Shown: positions 8,875-19,950, numbered from the stretch's first letter. The stretch: DNA of 64,000 nt from Seinonella peptonophila (GCF_900129355.1 NZ_FQVL01000007.1:58106-122105), one strand, 5' to 3'. The notes: generated by a model from the sequence alone, not told the origin. Translations and numbers: made by a program.

Positions 8875-9212
8875 TCAACCATGGAAAATAATTCCGATTT
8901 ATTGTATATTCTTTGAATTTACAATAAGAAATATAAGACGCGTCCAAGTGATAAAATAATACAAAAAAATATTATTTACATACTCCTTATATATCAAAAA
9001 AGTGACTAATAACATTTTATTATATAATAATAGCATTAAATTATAGATTTATTAAAAATTTAATTTATATACTGAATATTGATATTTATAAATCTGACCT
9101 TTATTATGAGGAAGTCATCGTCGCAACACCTATTTTTCTCCCTTGAAAGAATGGGAGAAATCCAAGATCAGATATCTTGGAGCGACCTGTAGAAGCAGAC
9201 AGAGGAAGGAAC

Positions 9213-10010
9213 ATGAAGCGTTTTACTCTCATGGAGATGTTCCCGGCGTTCTCCAATCCTCAGGAGCTGGATCACCGTCAGATCGAGCTGCTCCAGCTCT
9301 GCGCCCAGATCGGTGTTCCGTTCCCTGCCGAGCGGAACAAGTCATACGGCACCTGGTGGCACTCTCTCCACGAGATCGGTCACTGGGCTGTCAAGCCTGA
9401 CTGGTACATCCAGTACTCGTCGTACCTGCTGGACGACCTCGCGACGACCTGGGGTGTTCTCAAGATCCCTGCCGGCACGGTGAAAGGGATCGACTACCCG
9501 ATCATGCTTCCCAAGATCGGGCGGTACGTCGGGGGCAACGATGTCATCCCGGAGATCGGCATGTACAACAAGACCGACCCGACCCCGGGAGAACACGAAA
9601 CCCGCGTCTGGGCTCTCCAGTACCTTGAACTGAAGGGCTGGAATCACCCGTTCGACGACAACACCAAAAAGATCACGACGGGAGACGAGTTCTTCCACAA
9701 GCCGGCTTCGGCCAGGGTCTGGGCTACGCCTCAGATCAACGATCCGGAAATCTGCACCAAGATGGCATGGTGGGGACTGAACGTCCCTGAAGGTCAGTTC
9801 CGCCCGGCCGAGGACGAGGAGTTCGTCCTGCCATATCCCACTCCTGTGAACCACCAGGAGATGGTAGCCAACATGGACGCCATCACGTCCCACTACGGTG
9901 GGAAGGTGCTGAAGTCCGACGAGAGGTCTTACTGGCTTGCCTACCTCAGGAGGAGGTGGCCCGAGAAGGACCTCGTGAAGAGGTACTTGCGGATCGCTAA
10001 GGCCGCCTAG
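9213..10010 (+). CDS. hypothetical HEXXH-motif protein (putative zinc hydrolase) on a roughly 60% GC island
   Basis: GAGGAAGGA RBS; WWHSLHEIGHWAVKPD contains HExxH...D; very high GC3; terminator follows. Confidence 0.55.
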   Translation: MKRFTLMEMFPAFSNPQELDHRQIELLQLCAQIGVPFPAERNKSYGTWWHSLHEIGHWAVKPDWYIQYSSYLLDDLATTWGVLKIPAGTVKGIDYPIMLPKIGRYVGGNDVIPEIGMYNKTDPTPGEHETRVWALQYLELKGWNHPFDDNTKKITTGDEFFHKPASARVWATPQINDPEICTKMAWWGLNVPEGQFRPAEDEEFVLPYPTPVNHQEMVANMDAITSHYGGKVLKSDERSYWLAYLRRRWPEKDLVKRYLRIAKAA

Positions 10011-10136
10011 CGGAGCTGAATGCGTCCTGCCCGCCAGCTCTAGCTGACTGCACAAACGACAGGAAATCATCAGTATCAACTAAAATATAAATGCAATTAG
10101 TGCTTCAACTAATTGAAGTCTGGAAATACCAGGCCA

Positions 10137-10168
10137 AAACAGATAGGGCAGCCTATCTGTTTTTATTA
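10137..10168. terminator. bidirectional rho-independent terminator (AAACAGATAGGgcagCCTATCTGTTT + T-run)
   Basis: perfect 11-bp stem; lies between convergent genes 9213-10010(+) and 10232-11512(-). Confidence 0.65.
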
Positions 10169-10231
10169 TTTATCATCCAAAAGAATACCAACTGATTCAT
10201 TCATGTGTGGGGAGTGGTTGAAGTAAATTCA

Positions 10232-11512
10232 TTATACTGATGGAATAATCGATTTATTTCGTTTATTTATTTGAAGAACAAAACCAGCTGCTGTCACACA
10301 AAGGATGCCTGCGACAATAAATATAAAAGTATAGGTTCCAAACCATGTACGTATGATACCACTACCAAAAGCTGCCGTCGCCGCTCCAAGCTGATGGGAG
10401 GCCCAGACCCAGCCAAACACAATTCCACTTTGCTTCCCGAAGACATCATTACACAAACGAATGGTCGGAGGCACTGTCGCCACCCAATCCAGTCCATAAA
10501 ATACAACGAAAATCGCTAGTCCTAGAAATGTAGAGCCCAACGCATAGGGAAGAAAGACAAGCGAAATTCCACGCAATCCATAATACCAAAATAATAACCA
10601 GCGGTTATTCCAGCGATCTGAAAGCCAGCCTGAGAGCGTTGTTCCTACAATGTCAAAAATGCCCATAAAAGCCAACATACTAGCTGCCGTTACTTCTGTA
10701 ATCCCATGTTCCATACAAGCAGGAATGAGATGAGTTCCTATGAGTCCATTGGTAGACAATCCACAAACAAAGAAGCTTCCCATGAGCAACCAAAAATCTT
10801 TGGAGCGAATCCCGATCTTGAGTCCCTTTATCGCAGATAGAAAAGGATTTGTATGAGGAGTAGATTCGGTTTTCAACGACTCTGTTTCACCATATGGCAA
10901 AATCCCTGCATCACTAGGTTTATCGCGCATAAACAGCCCTACAAGTAAAACGACAATCATAGCAAATAGTGCTGTAACCCATACAACCATTTGCCAACCG
11001 TAAGAGGATACAATTTTTGCAAATAGGGGGAGAAAGACAAGCTGTCCTGTGGCTCCACTCGCAGTAAATACACCTATAATAAATCCCCGTTTCTCTTTAA
11101 ACCACCGATTAGCTACAACAGCCCCCAGTACAGAAGAAGTTAATCCAGCTCCGATACCCACTATAAAACCCCATAATACTGTCATCTGCCATATCATTTT
11201 CAACCATGTCGATAGACTTGTACCTATGACTAGCAAAGAAAGGGCAATGATCATGATTCGCTTTACTCCATATCGTTTCATAAACGCAGCCGCAAAAGGA
11301 CCACAAAGACCATATAGAGCTAAATTAATCGCTATGGGAAATGTCACTTCTGCACGGGTCCAGCCAAATGACTGTTCAAAAGGAACAATGAGAACACCGG
11401 GAGTAGAACGTATGCCTGCTGAAACCAATAACGTGAGGAATGTAATTCCAACGACGATCCAATAAATAGAGCGTGATGGAGTTCCGAGTAAAGAAGAGTA
11501 ATATTTACGCAT
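10232..11512 (-). CDS. MFS transporter (12-TM, OFA/YhjX-like)
   Basis: hydrophobic repeat organisation and MFS-like motifs (GxxxDRxGxR-like loop region, G-rich helices). Confidence 0.7.
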   Translation of the reverse strand: MRKYYSSLLGTPSRSIYWIVVGITFLTLLVSAGIRSTPGVLIVPFEQSFGWTRAEVTFPIAINLALYGLCGPFAAAFMKRYGVKRIMIIALSLLVIGTSLSTWLKMIWQMTVLWGFIVGIGAGLTSSVLGAVVANRWFKEKRGFIIGVFTASGATGQLVFLPLFAKIVSSYGWQMVVWVTALFAMIVVLLVGLFMRDKPSDAGILPYGETESLKTESTPHTNPFLSAIKGLKIGIRSKDFWLLMGSFFVCGLSTNGLIGTHLIPACMEHGITEVTAASMLAFMGIFDIVGTTLSGWLSDRWNNRWLLFWYYGLRGISLVFLPYALGSTFLGLAIFVVFYGLDWVATVPPTIRLCNDVFGKQSGIVFGWVWASHQLGAATAAFGSGIIRTWFGTYTFIFIVAGILCVTAAGFVLQINKRNKSIIPSV

Positions 11513-11783
11513 GTAAAAGTCCCCTTTTTATAAAAATAAGATGAATCAAGTGAATCAATTTCATTTTTTATCAATCGTTGTGATAAGAAATTTGAAGTAG
11601 CCATGGTAGCATTCGGACCAGATGTAAAAAGTAGTCTATAAAACATAGAAAAAAATGGAATTAAGACATTGGTATAAACCTCTTGTATGTTATAATTACA
11701 TAAAATGACCGTTGTATAGCACGATCTCTATCATTATACAATTTGTGCTGGTTAACGTCCAATAAGAAAGGTGTGGTTATTTC

Positions 11784-12338
11784 TTGGAAAACATCAATTT
11801 TATTCTTTCTAAAAACCTTAAAAGCTTGCGAGAACAGAAGAAATTGAGTCTCGATAAGGTTGCAGGAATGACAGGAGTAAGTAAAACAATGCTAGGTCAA
11901 ATTGAACGTGGAGAATCTAACCCATCCATAAGTACGGTATGGAAAATAGCAAATGGACTAAAAGTTTCCTTTACTTACCTCATCAATGAACCGCAGCCAG
12001 ATACGGTCATTATTTCTAAGAAGGAGATTCAAGAACTAACTGAAGATAATAGGAAGTATAGGCTTTATCCATTTTTTCCTTTTGATGATAAGAGGCGTTT
12101 TGAAATGTATACAGTGGAAATCGACAGGGGAGGGATTTTAAGTGCTGAACCTCATAGGGAAGGAACACAGGAATTTCTAACAGTGTTTGAGGGTGAACTC
12201 ACAATCTGCATAAATAGTGAGGAATACACAGTAAAAACTGGTGATTCCATACGATTCAGAGCGGATAAACCTCATATTTATGGTAATTCTGGAGATACGA
12301 TTGTCAGAATAAGCATGGTGATATACTACCCCAGTTAG
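11784..12338 (+). CDS. XRE-family HTH plus cupin-domain transcriptional regulator
   Basis: N-terminal LSLDKVAGMTGVSKTMLGQIERGESNPSISTVWKIANGL HTH_3; C-terminal cupin-like beta-rich part. Confidence 0.7.
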   Translation: MENINFILSKNLKSLREQKKLSLDKVAGMTGVSKTMLGQIERGESNPSISTVWKIANGLKVSFTYLINEPQPDTVIISKKEIQELTEDNRKYRLYPFFPFDDKRRFEMYTVEIDRGGILSAEPHREGTQEFLTVFEGELTICINSEEYTVKTGDSIRFRADKPHIYGNSGDTIVRISMVIYYPS

Positions 12339-12412
12339 AAAATGATTAGAAAGCTGGTTCTAAAATTACTTGTAGTACAATCTCTATTTTAAATGAAGGG
12401 TAGGAACAAAGA

Positions 12413-12808
12413 ATGATTAGAAAGCCTATCGAAACCAATCATGCACCACTGCCAGTGGGCGCGTTTTCTCAAGCGATAATTGCAAATGGTTGGCTTTATG
12501 TGTCGGGGCAACTTCCTCTCCACCCCATCACTGGTAAACTCATTGAGGGTGGAACACTTGAACAAACAAAGCAGGCACTCCAAAATGCTCTTGCCATTAT
12601 CGAAGCTGCAGGTTTAACAGTAGATGACGTAATAAAGGTAACTATTTTTCTACATGACATGGACAGCTACTCGAAAATAGACAAATTATATCGGGAGTAT
12701 TTTAACCATCCTTATCCTGCGCGATCCTTAGTTCCAATGGGAGATTTGGTCAGAGGCGGGGAAGTGGAAATTGAAATGATCGCTGTCTATCCATCCCAAT
12801 TATCGTAA
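12413..12808 (+). CDS. ridA: RidA/YjgF-family reactive-intermediate deaminase
   Basis: 131 aa; APLPVGAFSQAII...GQLP...motifs typical of the Rid family. Confidence 0.75.
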   Translation: MIRKPIETNHAPLPVGAFSQAIIANGWLYVSGQLPLHPITGKLIEGGTLEQTKQALQNALAIIEAAGLTVDDVIKVTIFLHDMDSYSKIDKLYREYFNHPYPARSLVPMGDLVRGGEVEIEMIAVYPSQLS

Positions 12809-13216
12809 ACTATGAATGCGATCGTACACTTGGTACACCATACATTTGATGAGTGCATCATAGATCATCATGCTATGAACCCAGCCTATGCCAAGGAATT
12901 TGGACTTGCCCTTGGTTACCCTCAAAAATCCGTTGAATACAAGGAACTCAAGAATCAATACTTGAAGAAGTAAAATCGGCATTAAATATGCAGGCATCGA
13001 CTTGTTACACATTGACCTTCTGATCGAGGAAGTACAATGGTTATAGAATACATATGATCATCCACTTACTAGAGAATGTATGTCATTTGTACGAGTTGAG
13101 GATGATTGATATCGATTGAAGTTGGAGATAAACAATTGAAGCAACTCGAACAGCATTTGTGGAAGGTCATGGGGCTTATCACAGTTGCTTGAGATATCTT
13201 TTTTTATCATCTAAAA

Positions 13217-13251
13217 ACCTGTCTACATAAAAGAGTAGACGGGTTTTTTTA
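13217..13251 (+). terminator. rho-independent terminator (ACCTGTCTAC...GTAGACGGGT + T7)
   Basis: hairpin plus T-run. Confidence 0.5.
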
Positions 13252-13413
13252 TGTTAAATAAGGCTCCGAGAGCTTTATTTGAAAGCGATCCAGGTCCCTA
13301 ATCTGACTACAACATCTCTCAAATTTGTCAAGTGCTTGAAGACTACCCCTTGATTTTTATTACATAAATGAATACATTAAGTGGAAATTAAAAATCTTTC
13401 TAAGGAGCTGAAT

Positions 13414-14607
13414 ATGAATTCATCTAGATTGTACGAGCTGGATTCATTGAGAGGGATTGCAGCATTGATTGTTGTTATCGGTCATATGTTTATCCTTTTC
13501 ACTAATTTCACTGTTGAAACGTATGGTCAAAAAGCATATTGGATAGAAAATCTTTTCAAATATTCACCTTTACATATTGTGTGGTCAGGGCATGAATCAG
13601 TGATTCTATTTTTTCTAATCAGCGGATTTGTTCTTTCGTTACCTTTCATTACGAATAAACCTTTTTCGTATCCTTCCTATCTAATGAAAAGATTTTGTCG
13701 GATCTATATTCCCTATATTTTCGCTGTTGGTTTTGCTCTTATATGTAAAACGATCTTTTTTGCAAACTCCATTCCACAACTTAGTTCATGGTTTAACACG
13801 ATGTGGAAGACTGAAACTTCGATCAATCAATTGATTAACCACTTGATTATGATCGGTAGTTATGAAAACTATGTTTATAATCCTGTTTTTTGGACGCTTG
13901 TTCATGAAATGCGTATCTCGCTTCTTTTTCCCGCAATCATGTTACTTATTCTACGAGTGAAATGGCAATGGAATCTTGTGATTGGATTAATTCTATACTA
14001 TTTTGGAACAATTTGGCATGCTGATAGTGCGCAAATTTTAGGATTTCCAAATGATTACTTTAAAACATTACACTATATTTTCATCTTTATGGTTGGTGCC
14101 ATGTTGGCAAAACACCAAATCGTGATCAGCAAATGGTTCAGAAGGTTGAAAAAAGAGTGGAAGTGGTTACTTTTTAGTGTTGGCTTTACTCTATATATAT
14201 TCAAATGGTCCTTTTATCAATTTCAATTCGCAAAAGAATACCTTTATAACGATCTATTTATTACAATCGGTGGCGTAATCTTTATCATGATTGCCATTTC
14301 ATCCAAGCGTGCCTCAAGGCTACTATTACAGAAACCATTTCTATTTTTAGGGAAAATTTCATATAGTCTCTATTTATATCATCTCATTATTTTCGGTGTT
14401 ATCTTACATACCTTCACTTCCTTTATTACACTCTGGATCGCGATTCCATTATGTTTGTTCAGCTCCATTTGGATGGCGCATATTACCTATCTTTATATCG
14501 AAGTTCCTGCGATCAAAACAGGCAGGAAACTAGCTGATTTATGGCAATCGCTATGGCCATACAAAACGTCCCAATATTCCAATCGAAGTAAGATGGAGCA
14601 TTGGTAA
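13414..14607 (+). CDS. acyltransferase family 3 (OatA-like) membrane protein
   Basis: LDSLRGIAALIVVIGHMF N-terminal motif; multi-TM; TAAGGAG RBS 6 nt before the ATG. Confidence 0.7.
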   Translation: MNSSRLYELDSLRGIAALIVVIGHMFILFTNFTVETYGQKAYWIENLFKYSPLHIVWSGHESVILFFLISGFVLSLPFITNKPFSYPSYLMKRFCRIYIPYIFAVGFALICKTIFFANSIPQLSSWFNTMWKTETSINQLINHLIMIGSYENYVYNPVFWTLVHEMRISLLFPAIMLLILRVKWQWNLVIGLILYYFGTIWHADSAQILGFPNDYFKTLHYIFIFMVGAMLAKHQIVISKWFRRLKKEWKWLLFSVGFTLYIFKWSFYQFQFAKEYLYNDLFITIGGVIFIMIAISSKRASRLLLQKPFLFLGKISYSLYLYHLIIFGVILHTFTSFITLWIAIPLCLFSSIWMAHITYLYIEVPAIKTGRKLADLWQSLWPYKTSQYSNRSKMEHW

Positions 14608-14833
14608 TCGTTGCTCAGTTTGTAGAAAAAGGTAGTGGTTCTGTCAATCTTTCACGCTTCGACTCCTTTTTAGGATGTGTAGCTGTCTTCAAGGCGCCTT
14701 GAAAGTTGCTCCCTACTGAGATATTGACTCCATGATTTCCTTGTAATCGAACAAAAGTTTCATTGCCCACTCCTCTGTTTTTCGGTGCAAAGGAGTAGGC
14801 AATGTCGTTTCAAGAGCGACATATACAAAAATC

Positions 14834-15418
14834 TTAGTTAACCATCTCATATCGCAATTTAATAGAACCACTTGTTTTATACACTTTGGTAGAGACTAAT
14901 TTCATATTATGCTGTGTTGAAATATTTTCGAAGTAACGTTTGCCACTACCTAATATAATTGGATGAATAAGTATTTGTAGTTCATCTACTAATCCAGCTT
15001 TGAGCAAACTCTGAACAAGCTTTGCGCTCGCAGAAACAATCATTTCATTCTTGATTTCACTTTTCAATTTCGCTACATTTTCCATTACATCAGAATTCAA
15101 TAACGTAATGGTATCACTGTAGTCTCCCCATTTCACTTCTGTAAGTTTATTAGATGCTACATACTTTTGTGTCTGATTCATAGCATCTGCCCAATCTTTC
15201 CAATCATCGTCCTTTTGATAAGGCCAATAACTAGCTAAGCCCTCATAGTTAACACGCCCCATCAAGATCGCGTCGGCATTTTGGAACATGGCCAAATTAT
15301 CATTATTCGAATCCATAATACCAGGCATTGCCCAACTCACCATGTTATTTTCATCGCCTTTTGGCCCTGTGAAGATACCATCTAATGTGCTGCTTAAGTT
15401 TGCAATCAATTTCCCCAT
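14834..15418 (-). CDS. dihydrofolate-reductase-like (RibD C-terminal domain family) protein
   Basis: about 190 aa; ...AILMGRVNYEGLASYWP...ILIHPIILGSGKRYF resembles YwjB/YyaP-type RibD_C proteins. Confidence 0.65.
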   Translation of the reverse strand: MGKLIANLSSTLDGIFTGPKGDENNMVSWAMPGIMDSNNDNLAMFQNADAILMGRVNYEGLASYWPYQKDDDWKDWADAMNQTQKYVASNKLTEVKWGDYSDTITLLNSDVMENVAKLKSEIKNEMIVSASAKLVQSLLKAGLVDELQILIHPIILGSGKRYFENISTQHNMKLVSTKVYKTSGSIKLRYEMVN

Positions 15419-15655
15419 CTATTCTCCTCAATTCTCACTGTATGTTATAACCAAATCCTAGTTCAGCCCTTTTTCTTGCTTGAATGATTCGATCAGTAAG
15501 GAATGCTTAATAACACACAGATAACTGTACCAGTCAGAAACACACCTTTGCTGTAGAAACATTCATCGAGTCATAAACCACTGAAGCAATGAGTTAGCTT
15601 CTAATTTTGTTCATAACATCGCTTGAAGTTGCATGGGTCTTTGCAGACATATGCT

Positions 15656-16132
15656 TTACTCCGACGTCTCTGAGGACGTAAGTACACTGGAAAGCCGATT
15701 CAAACTTTGATTCATTCCTGGTGTTATTCCTTTAATGGCACTGAGTAACTCTGGAACAGACTTTAAAACTGATATCTGCAAAGTAAGCTTTGTCTGAGTG
15801 TCGTACTCTTCAAATAACAGTGTATAACGCACTTTAATCTGAGGTTTACCTTCTTCGTCTAAAAAAGAGCCCCCTGAAAAGACCAACTTTTCAGGTTCAT
15901 CCACTTCATGAAATTCACCTTGATATGGGTAGGCAGTACCATCAGGAGCCAGCATATCAAGATAAATAGCTCCACCTGGATATGGTTCCAGTTTATAGAT
16001 TTTATTTCCATATCCATCAGGCCCCCACCATTGTGCAAAGAGTCGTGGGTTCGTCCAACCTTTAAATACAACTTCTCGCGGTTGATTGAAAACACGAGTC
16101 AACGTTAATTCTTGTGTGTGATCATTTGTCAT
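15656..16132 (-). CDS. SRPBCC/AHSA1 (Aha1-like) domain protein
   Basis: 158 aa; typical partner of ArsR; 4-nt overlap with the upstream arsR. Confidence 0.65.
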   Translation of the reverse strand: MTNDHTQELTLTRVFNQPREVVFKGWTNPRLFAQWWGPDGYGNKIYKLEPYPGGAIYLDMLAPDGTAYPYQGEFHEVDEPEKLVFSGGSFLDEEGKPQIKVRYTLLFEEYDTQTKLTLQISVLKSVPELLSAIKGITPGMNQSLNRLSSVLTSSETSE

Positions 16133-16476
16133 GGCACGTCATCCTCACTCGTTTTATTTTTTTGAATTTCCTTCCATTCTGCTGCTAACACTTCATCCAA
16201 AGCATCTAAGCGATGGATCCAATAATGTCTCATTTTTTGAAACCAACTTTCCAATTCAATCATTGCCTCTGTGTTAATACGATAGATTCGTAGCTGAGCT
16301 CTTCTTTCCACATACACCAATTTCACCTCACGAAGTACCTTTAAATGTTGAGAAATTGCTTGAGGGCTGATTGTGAAATGAGCATAGATTTCTGAAGCTG
16401 ATAATTCTTTATTTTGTGCAAGCATCTCTAAAATTTGGCGCCTTGTCTGATCCGCAAGTGCAGTAAATAGATCCAT
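16129..16476 (-). CDS. ArsR/SmtB-family HTH transcriptional regulator
   Basis: LADQTRRQILEMLAQNKELSASEIYAHFTISPQAISQHLKVLREVKLV HTH_5. Confidence 0.75.
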   Translation of the reverse strand: MDLFTALADQTRRQILEMLAQNKELSASEIYAHFTISPQAISQHLKVLREVKLVYVERRAQLRIYRINTEAMIELESWFQKMRHYWIHRLDALDEVLAAEWKEIQKNKTSEDDVP

Positions 16477-17106
16477 TGGTTATTAAAATACAATTCGCTC
16501 CTTTCAGCTCTAATAAACGAATCGAAATAAGTTAATAAAGAATCGATTTAATTAAGTGGTTGCTTAATTAAAAATCACTCTAAATCCATCTCATACCTAT
16601 TGAGTATAATGTGTTCGCTGTTTGAACAAGTGTTGTGTATCGTCAATCGGGATTTCGGCAATTTTAGTGGTTCAACTATTGATCATAAACTTTCTGTAAT
16701 TCGGAAATATCGATTTTTTTCCATCTCGAAAATTTTAAAAAATAATAACAAAAGGCTAAATGAACCAATGTCCTTTATATAACTTTATTCATAATCGTAA
16801 TATATCATTTTACCGACCGAACTACAATAACATATGTTCGTTTTTTTATAAACATCTGCATTCAGATCCCATTTCGCTAGATAAGGAGTAGAAAAACATC
16901 TTATATCCTACATCCACATGATAAATTGCTTATTTTATTTATTCAATTGTGTTCATATAATCAAACTCGGATTTTTGAATAAGGCATGCCGCTATGAGGG
17001 AAATTCTAACTTACTCAAGCTATTCATTCGATGTTCTTTTCCATATTCTAGGAAGAGTTTGCCCACCTTTATTAATCCACTGATGTAGCTTCATCTCATC
17101 TACGTA

Positions 17107-17991
17107 TTACATTTGCTCCAAACGTGAAATGCGTTCTTCTACTGGTGGATGAGTTGAAAAAAGAGTTTGTATCTTTTTTTTGAACGGATCAGAGAAATAG
17201 AGCATGGCGGAAGAAGGATTAGCTGAGCGAACGGGTAGATCAATCCCTGCTATTTTTCGAAGTGCAGAAGCTAGGGCTAATGGATTTCTACATAATTCTG
17301 CTCCTGATGCATCCGCTAAATATTCGCGATTTCTGGAGATGGCTAATTGAATATAGGTCGCGATGATTGGGGAGAGAATGAGGAGCAGTAATGAGACAAT
17401 CAGCAAGATCGGATTTTGTTTTTGATCGTTACGATTGTTACCACTCGAGAAAAACATAAACCTACTGCCTATACTACTTAAGAGTGCAACTACAGATACC
17501 AATGCTAGGACAATAGTAGTCAGACGAATATCATAATTTTTAATATGGGCAATTTCATGCGCGATGACGCCCTCTATTTCTTCACGATTCAGGATCTCCA
17601 GCAATCCTGTTGTAACAGCAACAGCTGCATTTTCTGGAGAGATCCCTGTCGCAAAAGCGTTTGGACTGGGATCATCAATGAGATATATTTTGGGTCGAGG
17701 AATTCGAGCAACCATGGATAAATTTTCAATTGTATGCCATAAGAAAGCATATTGCTGCGGCTCAGTTACTTCGATCGCGCCATTCATGGACATCACGATC
17801 TTCGTGCTGGAGGCAATCATAATAATAGAGTAGATCAGTCCAATTACTCCAGCAATGATAAGACCAGAAAGCCAGTCACCTGTTTGAGTATAAGTAACAA
17901 TTGAACCAACCAGGAGTAAGAATACTACAAACAGACCTACAAGTAAAACAGTCTTCCATTTATTTTGTTGAATCTGTTTATGTAGTATCAT
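17107..17991 (-). CDS. htpX: HtpX-like M48 zinc metalloprotease
   Basis: HEIAHIKNYD HEXXH motif; N-terminal TM helices; downstream of lemA. Confidence 0.8.
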   Translation of the reverse strand: MILHKQIQQNKWKTVLLVGLFVVFLLLVGSIVTYTQTGDWLSGLIIAGVIGLIYSIIMIASSTKIVMSMNGAIEVTEPQQYAFLWHTIENLSMVARIPRPKIYLIDDPSPNAFATGISPENAAVAVTTGLLEILNREEIEGVIAHEIAHIKNYDIRLTTIVLALVSVVALLSSIGSRFMFFSSGNNRNDQKQNPILLIVSLLLLILSPIIATYIQLAISRNREYLADASGAELCRNPLALASALRKIAGIDLPVRSANPSSAMLYFSDPFKKKIQTLFSTHPPVEERISRLEQM

Positions 17992-18006
17992 TTGAATCCC
18001 TCGCTC

Positions 18007-18588
18007 TTAAAATTGAACTTTAATGGGTTCTTGCTCTTCTTTCGCAGTGGTTAGCATGTTTTGCTTTGTGAATTTGTGTACTGAAGCTACAAGATTACTT
18101 GGAACGGTTTGGATCTTGTTGTTATAGTCTAAAACAGTCTTGTTATAGAGTTGTCTGGAATAAGCAATTTTATTTTCAGTACCTACTAATTCTTCTTGTA
18201 GTTGATTGAATTGTTGATTTGCTTTTAAGTCAGGGTAGCTTTCGGAGAGCGCAAATACTTGACGGAGTGCACCAGATAGAGCATCATTTGCCTGCATCTG
18301 CTCATTTCTCGAAACATCCAAAGTAGGTGAGCCTATTTGGTTACGTGTTTCAATGACTTTTTGTAGTGTTTCCTGTTCGTGTTTTGAATAACCCTTTACA
18401 GTCTCCACGAGATTAGGGATTAAATCATATCGCCGTTTCAATTGCACTTCGATTTGCGCCCAAGCTTCCTCAATCCAGTTTCTTAACTTCACAAGTGAAT
18501 TGTACGTTAACATCCAAAAAAGCCCAACAATCACAATGATGGCAATTACAATTATTAGTCCGAACATAACTGACTCCTCCTTAATCAT
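18007..18588 (-). CDS. lemA: LemA-family membrane protein
   Basis: N-terminal TM plus the conserved LemA core (YNSLV...RRYDLIPNLVETVKGY). Confidence 0.8.
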   Translation of the reverse strand: MIKEESVMFGLIIVIAIIVIVGLFWMLTYNSLVKLRNWIEEAWAQIEVQLKRRYDLIPNLVETVKGYSKHEQETLQKVIETRNQIGSPTLDVSRNEQMQANDALSGALRQVFALSESYPDLKANQQFNQLQEELVGTENKIAYSRQLYNKTVLDYNNKIQTVPSNLVASVHKFTKQNMLTTAKEEQEPIKVQF

Positions 18589-18948
18589 TCAGTGCTAGTA
18601 TATGTAGACTTCTATTTTATATTTGTCTATTTTTATTTACAAAGATATGCTAAGTAGATGAACAAATCAGAAAGGAAATGTCTAGTAGAGAAAACAAGAA
18701 AACGGATCACTTTTGAATCAAATGGTTGATCTCTCAACCTAATAGCTTTGAACTACTCTGTCGGTATAAAGTATCCTAAGTTCAGTGGATACGTCTTTTC
18801 AGACCTATTTAGACGTTTTTTGTTTATCTAACTGATTCTATTCATCAAGGAAATGCAAATATGATAAATAATCATTTGAAATTTCGTTTTCCAATTTATA
18901 TTTGATTTATAATATCTATTGAATAAAAAAATGGAGAGGGTGAATGAG

Positions 18949-19950
18949 ATGAAATCGGGTTATAAACCATTAAAAGGCAGAATTTCATTAGTAAGTTCAT
19001 TGCCAAATATAAGAGAAGATGAGGCGGCGCGGCGGGAATGGATCAGCCCAGAACAGGATGCGGCATTAAGCAAACTTTGGGCACAGATGATGGAGAAAAA
19101 CCCCAATAAATACCGTGATCGTGATTCGAAAACAAAAGCCCCTTTAAAGCTATACTATCATCAGATTGGGCAACCGGATGTAGAAGGAAATATCAATGTT
19201 GAGATTGGGGAAATGTCACCCAAAGATTTTTATCCATTAGATTGGCTAGAAACAAATCAAATGAAAAAAGATGAATATAATTTATCCCCAGAGGAATGGA
19301 AATTATTAGAAAGCATTGGCCAAAAGGGTCTATTAAATCCATCTTCTATATTGAGAACGAATGATGGTAAGGATAACTATGGTCTAATGGGGAAAAATAC
19401 AGCTGTTGAAAATGAATTTCAATGTATCGGAGCGGCATTGCAGCCCATTCCAGGTACAGACCCGCCTCAATTTAATTTGGCAGAAAATGTGCGGGATGGG
19501 GTCAAAAGAAAAACGGCTCTTGATGATAAACAAATAGGAGAAGTTCGAGCAATTGGGGTCTCGAATTGGAGAAAATCTGATAAAGGACCCACTCATACAA
19601 CGGTTATATATGAAACACAATTGCCAAATAAATCAGCTGATCAGCTACGACAACATGTAGAAGAACATAGCCCACAACTTTCAACTACAATATCTATAGA
19701 TCCAAAAGATAGAAAAGAATCGAGAGAATGGATCAAACAGCTTCCAAAAACAGGACAAAGATCTTACTTGGTAGGGGTTGTCAAGGCTAGATATCTTGAA
19801 AAGATGAAGGCTTCCGTCAGAGCAACAGTGCCAAGAATACAGCAAATATTTAAACCAAAAAAAATATCGAATCAGGTAAAGAGTTTCTTTAGTTCAGACT
19901 TACATCGTGGTTTATCGACCCCTAGCAAGCCAGATGGACGTGATCGTTAA
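18949..19950 (+). CDS. hypothetical protein (about 333 aa); start chosen at the ATG with a GGAGAGGGTG RBS, upstream alternatives 18919/18931
   Basis: long ORF, no recognisable motif. Confidence 0.5.
   Translation: MKSGYKPLKGRISLVSSLPNIREDEAARREWISPEQDAALSKLWAQMMEKNPNKYRDRDSKTKAPLKLYYHQIGQPDVEGNINVEIGEMSPKDFYPLDWLETNQMKKDEYNLSPEEWKLLESIGQKGLLNPSSILRTNDGKDNYGLMGKNTAVENEFQCIGAALQPIPGTDPPQFNLAENVRDGVKRKTALDDKQIGEVRAIGVSNWRKSDKGPTHTTVIYETQLPNKSADQLRQHVEEHSPQLSTTISIDPKDRKESREWIKQLPKTGQRSYLVGVVKARYLEKMKASVRATVPRIQQIFKPKKISNQVKSFFSSDLHRGLSTPSKPDGRDR

Noticed and set aside
9342-10079. 245-aa minus-strand ORF
   Set aside because: Antisense to the high-GC gene at 9213-10010; R/P/G/L-rich composition typical of spurious ORFs in GC-rich DNA.
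17564-17833. 89-aa plus-strand ORF
   Set aside because: Antisense within htpX.
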